A stretch of DNA of 64,000 bases, taken from positions 165,292,001-165,356,000 of the forward strand of contig NC_042999.1 in the NCBI RefSeq assembly GCF_006345805.1, read 5' to 3'. The position numbers were made by a program, and so were the translations under genes. This stretch comes from Octopus sinensis. Its lineage: Eukaryota. Shown piece by piece: positions 1-11,680 of this stretch (position 1 is its first letter; every line of letters starts with the position of its first letter). The notes beneath the pieces were generated by a model. It saw nothing but the letters and a program-made list of their open reading frames with translations. It was not told the origin of the DNA and did not search any database.

Positions 1-619
1 TCAGTTTCAAAACATTGATGTCCAAGTAACAAAAGCAAAGTTTGATAGGAATAGTAGTCATTTCATTTGATTTATAGATAGAAGCAAATAGAAACACGGA
101 ACCAAGACCAAACAATTTTGTTACACTGTGTAATTTGTTTTTCCACATCTCGAATCTTTGATATCTGAGATTATCAGTGACACGATGCCATACATTTCAC
201 CGTTTATTCCACGACTTCTGTGAGGAATACAATCTCGACAACATCATTAGCATATTCTACTTGCTCCATTTTCAGCCATTATGATGACGTCAAACCTAAT
301 TTATCCTACGACGAAATGAAAAAATATTCTTTCTTTTTTCTACTGTTAATATTTTCGATTCGCATTTCTAAATCCTCTGTTGTTGGTGCTGATTTTGTTC
401 TTGTCAATGCTGTTGACGCTGTTGTTGGTGTTGTTTCTATTGCTGTTAAAATTTTGTTCAATCTACATTTTGAATATTTTTTGTGTGGGAGTTTTAATAT
501 TATTATTTGCTTTTCTGCTTATGTTTGAATTAGCTTATCTTTTTACATTCCAGCCCTCCCACCTTTTCCTCTTCTAGAGAAGAGAAAATAGAAACCAAAG
601 CGATAATATCTCTCGTTGC

Positions 620-1310
620 ACCTGAATGATGATTGCTCCAATATTTGCTTTATCAATGCTTTATCTCGATAGATTTAAAAACAATTTGGATCCAGCAAGG
701 TTTAGCCTCAAAGCATAAAGGAATGTTTTAGCTATTATTTACTGTAAGGCCATGGGATTGTATCTTAGTGATTTACAAAAACAAAGTGGGTAGATATAGG
801 ATGTACCAGTAGTTTTAGCTATGTTTGGTTTTATTGGAGTTAATCATTTGCTTTGTAAGGGTTAATGGTTCAAAGTTTAGTCCAGTATTTAAAAACTTAG
901 TAATTGGAGTGTCAACGTTTTGCAATAGAATCTTTTAAGGGCTCACAAAAGAATTTAAGTTGGTAGTATGTTTTAGTTGGTCAGTTTTTTTTTTACTTGT
1001 CGTTGTTGTTATTTAGGGTTTTTCCTGTTTGTATTTGGAAGGTGGGAGTTTTTAGTCTGGCGTGTTGTGCTGTTGTTTGTACAGAAATTAGCTTATTTTT
1101 CAGAAGAGTTTCAGATGAGGATGTGAGTAGGTGTCAAGGTTGTTGGTCAGTATGTTCATCGTTCTATAAGTAATTTGATTCATATTAAAAAAAATTAACC
1201 GTTCTGTTTCGTGGCGGTAGCTATTATGGCCTATGTGCTTATAAATATTTCTTGAATTATGTTCCAAACGTGGGTATTTCATGAAATATCTTATTTTGTC
1301 TTCCATGCTG
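620..1310 (-). mobile_element. Degraded Penelope-like element, N-terminal/pre-RT region
   Basis: Minus-strand translation across stops and frameshifts gives ..TKFLNTGLNFEP.. (cf. PLE LxKGLNFxP) and IK(x)DKANIGAIII (cf. IKxADKG). Confidence 0.4.
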
Positions 1311-1320
1311 CAATCGAGAT

Positions 1321-1489
1321 ATGTATGTATGTACGTACGTACGTATGTATGTATGTATGTATGTATGTATGTCTGTATGTATGTCTGTATGTATGTATGT
1401 ATGTATGTATGTATGTATGTATGTATGCATGTATGTATGTATGTATGCATGTGTGTATGTATATGCATACGTGTGTGTGTGTGTGTGTA
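1321..1489. repeat. (TATG)n/(TG)n compound microsatellite
   Basis: Directly visible; source of the YVCM/HTYI pseudo-ORFs. Confidence 0.95.
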
Positions 1490-2064
1490 TGATTACAGAA
1501 AGCTAGTTCATCAGATCACGAGAACATTGCATTGATTTGTGAACATAAAATTATATTGTATAATGCTGAGCATGCATACTGATGCGAACATGAAAACACA
1601 ATTTCCTCCACGCTGAAATTAATATTACATGAAGAAGCTTGCGAAATAGTCGTAATCCAAAGAACATCGAGTGATGAAATGAATAAATATATTCACCTGT
1701 CATACCGCCTGACTTGGTTTATATACTCCTCATGAAATAAGTTTATCGATGGGAATTTCTGGATTTCAGTTGCATGGACACTCTATGTTACACTTCTCTG
1801 GATTGGAATACTATTTGAACTGTTATCCGAGCCCGTAAGAAGAGCTTTCTGAGATAGCCAAACGATTCTCTGAATCTATGTCTTAAACTACAAACATATA
1901 TACATAAATGTATACGTACATGTATGTGTGTATATATACAAATATATATATTTATGTGTGTGCATGTGTGTGTACATAAATATATGTAAACACATATGTA
2001 TGTTTATATATATATATATATGTACACACACACATATACATACATACATACATACATACATACA

Positions 2065-2095
<31 letters not shown>

Positions 2096-3069
2096 GTACA
2101 TTGTAGCATCAATCTGATGGGTTTCCATGGAAATGACGTCAGCTCCTCGCTTGTGCTCTTGCATTGAAAAAATAGAAGTGTGTACTGTAAATAAATTATT
2201 TTAATTGTATAAATCTATGACTAAATTTCAATCAAACTAACTCTTCAAGATTCTTCTCGACTATTCTGGCGCAAATCTTTTTCAGATAATCTAATTAAAC
2301 AGTGAAACAGTTGATGTGAAGGATTCTTAGCAGAATCTGTCGTAAGTTCTACATGAATATCTGAACATTTCCCTAATCATACAAGTGATTCCCGTCTAGC
2401 AACCAATGCATATCAAGTGTGTCGCCTGATAAAATTTGATTTGCAAAAGAGACTAAATAAAATGTTTTAAAAAATGAAGAAAAAGGACATAACCAAAATG
2501 GCGTAAAATCAACAAGTTTTCTATTAAAATTGTCTAGAAACATCTGTTTGAAAGCGATACTTGAATAATTGAGATCAATAGTCTAGTTCTTTTTCTGTTT
2601 TGAAGAACTATCGGAAAATTTTCGCTAAATCTCTTCAGTTTACTCTCGATTGTCTAAATAAAACAATCTCGTTGGTATTGCAGTCGCGGTGGGAGTTGGG
2701 TACAAAAAATGCCTGAAGTGTTTTGTTCTAACTGTGGCACCTAAAATTGGTGAATGAACGATAATCTTACGGAATCGACACACAAAAACATTTTCTTTTT
2801 CTTTTTCCCATTTCTTTTTTCTTTTTTCTTCTTTTTTTGCTTCTTTATTAAATATGTATACAATAATAGACATGATTGAAATATAATCCAGTGTAAAAAT
2901 CAAAATTAATGTAAATACTATTGTTCTTTTTGGCAGAAGTCGAAACTCACACTCTTCCGCCCTTTCTCCCTCTCTCTCTTTCTCTCCCTCTCTTTACATT
3001 ATATATATATACATTATATATGTGTGTGTGTGTGTGTGTGCGTATGTGTATGTGCACGTGCGTACACAC

Positions 3070-3330
3070 ATGCCTCCTTCTCGTATACTCTCCTGTCTTT
3101 GAAAGGACTTTTTCTTCACCCATTCCCTTCCGGTCATTTCAATATGTGACCGCGTGTGTATCGTTGGCGATTTTTTTTCTCCGTCTTCCCTTCCTTGGAC
3201 TTTTCCTTTTTTCTATATTTCTGACGAAGAGCTCCGCTCGAAACGTTAAATCCTTCTTCTTTCTTTCCTTTCCTGAGCGTCCAATAACAGTCTACGTGTT
3301 GTTGTGTTTGCTTTTCGTTCATATTTCGAT
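3070..3330 (+). mobile_element. PLE-like terminal repeat fragment (family D relative)
   Basis: Shares GAAGAGC..GCTCGAAACGT(T/C)AAA..TTCC(T/C)GAGCGT with the dispersed copies at 10.3, 41.6 and 49.3 kb, and contains a hammerhead motif. Confidence 0.55.
3217..3251 (+). ncRNA. Minimal type I hammerhead ribozyme, canonical core
   Basis: AUUU-CUGACGA-A-GAGC-UCC-GCUC-GAAA-CGUU-AAAU: stem I AUUU/AAAU, core CUGANGA, stem II GAGC/GCUC, GAAA, palindromic AACGUU stem III, GUU cleavage triplet. Confidence 0.65.
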
Positions 3331-3389
<59 letters not shown>

Positions 3390-3434
3390 GGCTACAGCCT
3401 AAATGACTGAAACACACACACACATACACATATA

Positions 3435-3690
3435 CGTGGTCTGATCGATAAGTATCCGGACTGTTGCCATGATAATGAAGCTAAAGCACGCAGAAGGAGG
3501 CCGCCGCTTGGCACAGATTGACCTTAAATACGCTGCACACGTTCCTTCCAAGCACTCCTGTAAACAGCGGAAGTAAGCTAGAATGTTAAAACAACAGAGT
3601 TCAAGGTCAATCTTTACCAAGCGGATTCACTCTGCATGCTTTAGCTTCGTTAATATGGCAACGGTCCGGATACTTATTGATCAAACCTTG
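3435..3690. mobile_element. Mariner-derived MITE (about 256 bp)
   Basis: Long imperfect TIRs GGTCTGATCGATAAGTATCCGGACTGTTGCCAT.. (3438-3494) versus 3631-3687; TA at 3433-3434; second internal inverted pair GATTGACCTT/AAGGTCAATC. Confidence 0.8.
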
Positions 3691-4818
3691 TGTGTGTGTG
3701 TGTGTGTGTGGTGTGTGTGTGTGTATATATAATCAAATAAAATAAACGAACATTAAAAATAACAATAACAAACAAATAGAGGATGTGCACATGGAATGTA
3801 TTACTTAGACGCTGGAAAAGTAAACGGAAAATCCAAAGATGTGTGCAGTTAAATTGCTGAAGTGACCGGAAGTGGAAAAAGATAGAAAAATTGTTTTTTT
3901 GGAGACAGAAGAGTACGAAGATGGCCAGTGTGCGTGTGTGTGTGTGCGCCCGCGCGCGCGTGCGTGTTTGTGTGTGCGTGTGTGTGCGTGTGTGTGTGTG
4001 CGTATGTGTGTGTGTGTGACAGTATCTGTGTGCATGTGTGTTTGTGTTTATGAGAGTGATGGATGTATAAGTGTGTGAGTCGTATGTATATATGTCTGTC
4101 TCTGTCTTTTTCCTGTCTTTCTCACTTTCTCCCTTTCTTTTTCTATTTCTCTCTCTATCTACCTCAATCTCTCTCTCGGTCTCTAGTTCTCTCTCTTATT
4201 TTTTCATTTTTTCTTTTTTGCTTCATTCTCAGAAAGACAACTATGTTTGTGTGTGTGATAAAGAGAAAGAGAGAGAGGGGAGCAACAGAGAGAGAGTGAG
4301 TGAGTTTGTAGGTTTGGTTGAACAAAGAAGAGAAAGAGAACTAAATACACGAGAACTTGTAGGATTTCTATTATTTATAATCGGCAGAAGTTATAAAAGT
4401 GACACTGAAGGCGAGTTTTGTGCATGGCAATTTTCAAACTGGCTTCAAGTTTGCGAAGCTGCTTCTTTATAACAGTATGAACAACTAGTTTTACTGGAAA
4501 ATTCGATTAAAATTGAATGATTAGAAAGTCGGGTAAAAATTCGCATCTCTCAAATGATCTGCCTGTTAAATACAAAGGATTTTTGATTGGAGATAAAGGG
4601 AAGTCGATTAAAATTGCATATTCATACACGCATATGTAAATTACTTCACACACAGACACCTCAGAGTATGTGGAATATGCATACATAAATGTACATGTGT
4701 GTATATATATATATATATTGGTAAAAACGGTAAGATAACAAAAGAAAGAAAAGGACCTCAATATTATGTAAATAGAGGAAATTTATCTGTAAATGTAATA
4801 TGTTACAATTATTCAATA

Positions 4819-4890
4819 GCCATGATAAAACTCTGAGTTTCGGATGCCGAGGTGGAAATCCACAACACCATCTCTTCGGTTAACTGGCCA
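4819..4890 (-). ncRNA. Hammerhead-like motif with long stem II (U4 altered)
   Basis: Minus strand: GCCA-GUUAA-CCGAAGA-GAUG..CAUC-C-GAAAC-UCAGA-GUU-UUAUCA-UGGC; stem III ACUC/GAGU, bulged stem I. Confidence 0.4.
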
Positions 4891-6859
4891 TCTGCAAAAC
4901 GCTATTAAAAAGACCGTTATACAAAGGGAAATTACTTTGTTATAGTCCGCTAATTATACAAAAGCGCTAATTCGAAAGACCGCTAATTAAGATAAGGTTA
5001 AAAGTTCATAGTAAACACGTAAGCGTGCCTGTTCATACGTACACATGTGCGCTCGCGGACCCATATGCGTACGCATACATCACTATGACAACGTACACAT
5101 CTTCACTCGCATATTTCGCCAAATGTATATGCATAAATATATACAAACTCATACACACGCGCGCACCGTAAAAGTTCAAACATACGTCTACATACGCACA
5201 ACCAACAATACAGAAAAAAGGCATAAGGAAGTATACAAAGAGTAAACCACGTTCATATACGGACATACCCTTATGCACGCACACACACACACATACACAC
5301 GCACAAAAAGGATTATACAAGGATTAGTTTCAATATAATATAACCGTTTTCATCTATTTTTATTGGGTTGGCCAAGAAGCAGGAACTGAGTCTATGACCT
5401 TCGCAGTCCCTCCGACACCGATGAGATCGATGCAGTCAACGCTCAATGAAACATGTGGCGTTGACCAGTTTTAGTCTATCTTTATTATACAATTCCATAT
5501 CATTTACAGAGTAACATTACTTCATTTTATAAATTCTAGTTCTATGTTGGCTTAAATTTATATCCGATAAATCATTCTTTTTAATATCTTTATCCCAAAC
5601 TTTCTTGCTTAATCTGTTGCTTCAACGGCCACAAACCACTTTGGTCTATCTCCTGCTTCTTACTTTCCAACAACACTAATTCAAACCTTATTAATTCACC
5701 ACAAGAATACAGAAATATTTGTACAGGAGTCGCATTAGGATTCCACTATCTATTTTATTCCTTAATATCGATCCGTATTTCAATCAATTGCCACATATTG
5801 AATGTGAAGCAGATACAATAAATTATATCTGGAAATATTAAAATGTTGAGCTGATAATCTGCTTATATGTCTGATAGTGAAAGTACAAGTTCCATTTTGT
5901 AGTGTCGAAAAGACAATTGTAAATGTGTTTGCCTGTATATTTGTATGTGTATATACGTGTATGTGTATGCATACGTATGCTAATGTGCACATGTTTATGT
6001 GTGCAATCAATAACTACTACCGATTCCGGTATGAAACTGTCATAGGAAAGATAAACTCGTCCTTGCTTCCTGATGAAATCCACCAACTGTCAAAGCTGTC
6101 TATGGAATTGGTTCTCTAATGGTTTTTAATGGACTGGAAATTGTGTCAGACATCTTCGCCGTCCTTTGGCGTTTGCAGTGGATAATAATAGTCTGATCGG
6201 CAATCTACCATCTCTGCCACACCAACGTTCTATGCATCATTCTAGCGTAGAAAATTAATATCAGTTAAACACTTGAGTCGATTTAATCGATTATAACCTT
6301 TCCCAAAATGTGTGACTTTTTGCCAATATTAGAATACATTATAATTATCATCAGAATTGCCTTTATCATGGAAAACATGCATAAAAATATTCGATGTTAA
6401 TAAAGATGTTTAATGTTTAACAATTGCCATGTGAGAATATTCACTGATCGTTGTCTTTGTATTTTCTGGGCCGTGCCTACGTATGTCTTATTTGTAACGT
6501 GGCAATGTCTTTACAGAAATTGTGTATCACATCAGTTGTGTCGGTTACAAGTGCGGTGGTAGACACATTTCTTAACAAACATACTGTTCTTGATTCAGCC
6601 ACTAAGCTGGTACGATTCCTTAGCTTTTCAGTTAATTTCTGCTCAGCATTATAAACATTTAGGACTTTTATGTCGATGAATAATACACTGTTTTAACTGT
6701 GTTACCGTTGTAATGAATAAATTATTATCATTGCTACTGTTATTGTCTTGTTACGAACTTATACTCTTATACGTACTTATACTCTTTTGGAAGCTTTCTG
6801 CAACCCTGAAAAGTAAATTTGATTATAATTCTTCTTTAATTTTATAAATGATATTTTAC

Positions 6860-7130
6860 TTCAGAGCATGAACACTTCTTAGGAATGCTATTTTCTGGAC
6901 GTCCCTTTGAAAGGTCTCCTAAGTAATTCTTCAATTCTTTCTTTCTGTGCCATGTTTCACAACTCAAAGCGCTTGTGTAATGGCTGGGATTATAAGTCTG
7001 TCTATATCCTACATTTTCATGGTTTCAGTTTCTAGGTGTTTGTATTTAGAAAGGTTTTTAATCTCCATATCCTAACAAGAAAAAATAACGCTGTTAGGGC
7101 GGGTTTTCTACTGGTATACGTTGAACTGAA
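6860..7130 (-). mobile_element. R4/Dong-type non-LTR 3' remnant
   Basis: Minus strand: KNLSKYKHLETETMKM*..IIPAITQAL*..DVQKIAFLRSVHAL, matching the RLE C-terminus; AAT-rich tail downstream. Confidence 0.5.
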
Positions 7131-7399
7131 AAATTCTATGGTGGAAAGCAAATAGCAGTTTGTGTACTATATTATACACATCTATGGATAACTGAATGAA
7201 ACTTAAAATATAAAATTTCTATTTTGAGACTTGTACCTGTTTTGTGTTCAGAAAAGATAAAGCTGTGATGAAGAGGATCTTATCATAACGAAGAAAATGC
7301 ATCCCAAAATCATTTTAAATTTTAATCGTTTTCATCATAGTTTATAATTTTCAATCCTACTCATCATAGATATTTGTTATTGTTCAGAGGAGAGGCATC

Positions 7400-8050
7400 A
7401 TTGCTATTGTGATGAGGATACTCCTCCACACCGAATGATTAGTTTAAGCAGGAGCGGTCGCAATTCTCCGATATATAATTCCTCACCACAAACTAAACTA
7501 AACTTTCTGCCTATGAGTTCCACCAGTCACTTATCTCTTGGAATGGTAACTTCCTATCAGATCGCACTATTACCCCGTGTGATGACAAAACTCTTCCTAT
7601 CTCTCATTCTATCGACTCCGGTGTGCTCCAGGTTTTGGTTGTGTCCGCGACTCTCTTCCTTCTACATATCAATGAATTACTTTCCACCATATCCAATAAC
7701 GCCAGGCTTACTCAGATGATACACCCCTTCGCTCTTCCCTGACATTCTCCAACCATGCAAGATCTGCTCTCAAAATAAATATCTAATATACACTGACTCC
7801 ATGAACGGAAAACCTCGAAAACCTCTTTCAATGGTGATATACGAGTTTTGTCTTTCAGAATCAAGGCACCATGAACACTACTCATATCAAGGAAACATCA
7901 CCACCTTATTTTCCTGTGTACTTATGAGTAGCACTCAGAGCCCTCAAAATTGCTCCTGTTGTTGGATCTCACAATCAGTGAGGCTTTATGCTGAGAAAAG
8001 CACATATCTGGCAATGTATCATTTCTAAGAATGTACCCTAACAGAGGTAG
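7400..8050 (+). mobile_element. Degraded LINE RT fragment (CR1/L2/Jockey group)
   Basis: SLISWNGNFLSDRTI..SGVLQVLVVSATLFLLHINEL..YSDDT across frameshifts, i.e. decayed SGVPQGS..LFLLxINDL..YADD motifs. Confidence 0.65.
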
Positions 8051-8111
8051 AAGATGCATCAGCCTACAGCAATTATTTATATTAAGACCGAGAGATACAC
8101 AACATAGACAG

Positions 8112-8149
<38 letters not shown>

Positions 8150-8444
8150 ACACACTCAAGTCAATAGAGATACACACTTGTAACCAAAAGTCTGTGTGTC
8201 GTCTTGTGTTTCACTAGTGATACAAGCGGTATATCGAACATTTAATGAAGATTCTATTTTGTATAAAGAAATACCTTGAAAAGATGCCCAAACGTTTTAT
8301 TCGCAACAAACTTATTTTCATTAAAATACTCACCGTCTTAAAACTATGACTATTCATTCAGTACCGTTATTTCGTATCCATCATTTTTCTTTTATTGTTA
8401 TTCAATGCCACACTTATTTTTTTGCAATCATGCATTTGTTTTCA

Positions 8445-8740
8445 ATAAAATATTCTTCGTAAATGTATTGGCAGTGAAGTATATGTTTCCGTTTAGAACC
8501 CCCAGGTTCCTAAAATTTCATACGGTTACAGCAACGCTACTGCACACCTTGTAACTATGTTATGGTACCAACCAGCATGTTACAGAGGGTGATTGAGAAT
8601 TCAAAAGGTGCATAAAACAAACCCACAAACATCAAAAGCAAGATGAAGATGACACTCACTTCGCACTAGTTTTCAGATGTTTGGGTGAGACTGCTGGCCC
8701 ACAGTTCCTAACCTCTAAACTCCGCGAAAAGTTAAAGGAG
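8445..8740 (+). repeat. Unclassified interspersed repeat, family F copy 1
   Basis: Reverse-complement similarity to 15130-15430 (CAATAAAATATTCTTCGTAAATGTATTG.CAGTGAAGTATATGTT, TGGTACCAACC, GCATAAAACAAACCCACAAA, AGATGTTTGGGTGAGA). Confidence 0.75.
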
Positions 8741-9039
8741 GCCAAAGCTCCAGTTATTCACGTTAATGATATTGTGACGACAAAATCATAATCTAGAAAA
8801 ATTTTAACTTTTTTTAACATGACGAAAGATACTTAAATCCAATTTTCTCTCCCTTTTTTCCTTTCTTCCTCTTTCTCTCTCACTCTTTCTATCTATCTTG
8901 CACATACACTCACACACACGCACACTCACATACACAGACATGTACATATATTCACACTCATTCACGAAACACACACCCAAAAGTCTATACACGCATAAGC
9001 ATATATTCATTTATTGATTCGGTTCTCATTGCGCTTTGT

Positions 9040-9830
9040 GACACTTGAGGCGACAGCAAGATCATTCCACGTTCTAACACTGAAGGCATCCTTACCAGCT
9101 TATTCCATTGTTAACCCTTCTGCTTTTAAGATCTTTCGTTATTGTTCTCGCCACGTTTCCTTTGGTCGGCCATGTCTTCTTTTACCTTCTGGAACCCATT
9201 GCAAAGTGATCCTCCTGACAACTGAGTTCGGTTTCTAGCGACAAACTCGACCCAGCCATTTCAATAGTTTCCTTGCTTCAATAGTTTCTCTTATTGGTTT
9301 CACATCAGCTTTGATGTGTAGTTGGCTATTAAGGTTCATATTCGGCCTTCAAAATTTTTCCTAAACATTTATTTTGAAACCTCCAATTTCTTTTCAATAC
9401 TTTTGTTTATTTTCCAACATTCGGATCCATTGAGGAGGATGCTAAGTATGTTGCTTTTGTAAAATCGTTTCCATATTGAGTTTAGTATACTGAATGATTG
9501 GTTGGCTCGGCTGATTCTTGTATTTATTTCATGAATGCAGTTTCCATCCATTGTTATTTTGATGCCAAGATAGTTAAATTCGTCAACGTTTGCCATTGGT
9601 TTGTCGGTCAATGTCTGTTATATTTCTACAAAGAGTGTACCTTTTCTTCTCGTTGATTTTGAGACCCATGATGTTGGTTATTTGACTAAATCAATCAGAT
9701 TTGTCTTGTAACTCTTGAAGCGTGTAAGAGAACAAACAAATGTCGTCTGCGTAATCTAAATCTTCTTGGTGAGTTGCGTTCCATTCTGTCCCTCCTTTAT
9801 ATTCTATATCTCGTTTATATTCTTCTGTAA
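9040..9830 (-). mobile_element. RTE-clade LINE, 3' RT/thumb fragment
   Basis: EDLDYADDICLFS, VDEFNYLGIKIT, EINTRISRANQSF, LLNGSECW and a PEGKRRHGRPK-type C-terminus; 5' end replaced by microsatellite. Confidence 0.85.
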
Positions 9831-10289
9831 AGAATATATACGTGTATATTTTTAAATACATGTATACTTGAATGTGTAAACTATACATATACCCAAAAAT
9901 GAATCTGCATATACACACGGGTGTTTGCCTATGTATGTATATATAGATTCATATCTACATGTTTGTCTACACTCTTGCACACACATTCACGAAACATATA
10001 CACGTGTATCTATACACGCATAAGTATATATACATGTATAATTTTTAATACATGTCTATTTGAATGTGAAAAGTATACATATACACACGTACGTATCTGC
10101 TCATACACGAGTATGCGCGTATGTACGTACATGCATATTCATATCTACATATTTGTTTATTTCTCTGTGTGTTTATATGTATATACATATACATCTATTT
10201 GTGTGCGTGTTTGTATATATGCATGTATATATATATATATATGTATGTATATATATATGTATATCAGTGTATTTGTGTACACAAATGGG

Positions 10290-10770
10290 GAGAACTCACA
10301 AAAAAACAAAAGACGAAGACAGGTGGTGTAGACAACAAACAGATGTATTAGTTTAACGCTCGGGAAGTGAAAAAGTCTTTAACGTTTCGAGCCTACGCTC
10401 TTCCACAGAAAGGAACACAGAAAGAAACAAGGAGAGAAAATATAGAATGTGTAGTGGCTAGCGATCTACCATGGCGTATGCCAGACAGAAGGGTCACGCA
10501 GAAGAGCTAGGGAGAAGGGGATATAATAAAGTACTGGTGATCCCAAAACGAGGGTGCGCGTGCGTGTGTATAAAAGAGTTTGTATGTGCGTGTAGAAGAG
10601 GGCTGGTGATCTTGACGTGTGTGTGTATGTATGTATGTATGTGTACGTGTGAAAATGTGGATCTGGGAAGTGGTCAGTCCTGGTGTATCCGAGATGGTGT
10701 GGTGTGATGTGATCTTTTGTGTGGTATGGTGATGTAAGGTGTAGTGGTGTGTGGTGTGGTGTGATGGTGG
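10290..10770 (-). mobile_element. PLE-like terminal repeat, family D
   Basis: Same GTATTAGTT..ACGCTC..AGTCTTT.ACGTTTC.AGC block as 41.6, 49.3 and 55.7 kb; carries a hammerhead-shaped motif. Confidence 0.6.
10377..10412 (-). ncRNA. Hammerhead-like motif, A6U core variant
   Basis: Minus strand: CUUU-CUGUGGA-A-GAGC-GUAG-GCUC-GAAA-CGUU-AAAG. Confidence 0.5.
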
Positions 10771-11034
10771 GGGAGGTGGGGGAGGCGAGACTGGGGAAAG
10801 CGGAGGTGGGGTATGTGGGTAGGCGGAGGGTGGGGTACAGGTGGGGGAGGTAGGGGGTAGAGGTGGGTTATGTGGAGATGTGTGTAAGGAATGGGGTGAG
10901 GTAGGATGGAGAAGGATAGGGAAGGTGGAGTGGAATGTTTAGGGGTGGGGTGGGCTTAAGAGGGAGGGGTGAAGATGAAGGGGGAAGGAGAAGGTGGGTA
11001 GGAGTGAAGTGAAGAGAAGAGAGAAGGAGAGATA

Positions 11035-11280
11035 CATATGTATACATATATATATATATAGACACACACATTTAATATATATACATATGTAAATATATAC
11101 ATATATATATGCATATATACATATATATATATATACATATATATATATACGTATATATATACATACACATATATACATACATATATATATATGTACATAT
11201 ATATATGAATATATATATATATGTACATATATATATATGAATATATATATATATATATATACATATATACATATGAATAT
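11035..11280. repeat. (TA)n/(TACA)n compound microsatellite
   Basis: Directly visible; a second tract lies at 11860-12250. Confidence 0.95.
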
Positions 11281-11680
11281 ATAATAATAATAATTTTAGG
11301 GAGTATAATTCCAAACTTACAGAGAAAAATTCAATTTAGTATTAAATCAGATTTCACAATATAAATATATAAAATATGAATTAGAGAAAAACCATTATTA
11401 TGCAATTCAAACAATGATAGACATAAACTAAATCATATAGGAAAAATAAAATATATTATAAAACGTATAACTAGTTCACAAAAAGTACAAAAAATGAATA
11501 AAAAAGGATAAACAGGAGTTCATCAGGAATCAAAATTTAAAGAAAACAGAAAATGGTGATAACATTGATGAACAGCAATTGATTTGCATAAATTATTATT
11601 TATTAATAATTTACAAAAAGACTGCATCCCGTCTAACAGCTGTTTCTGTAGCCAATGTTCTTTGGAATTACCACCTCCCA
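11281..11680 (-). mobile_element. PLE-like terminal repeat, family E, with (ATT)n tail
   Basis: GAAACAGCTGTTAGA.GGGATGCAGTCTTTTTGTAAATT block recurs at 12470-12560 (+) and 23920-24060 (+); its downstream portion recurs at 12255-12345 (-). An inverted partial copy lies at 11729-11846. Confidence 0.55.

Noticed and set aside
5405-5455. Hammerhead-like CCGAUGAG..GAAACAUGUG
   Set aside because: U4 altered, GUG is not a cleavable triplet, and stems I and II cannot be formed convincingly.
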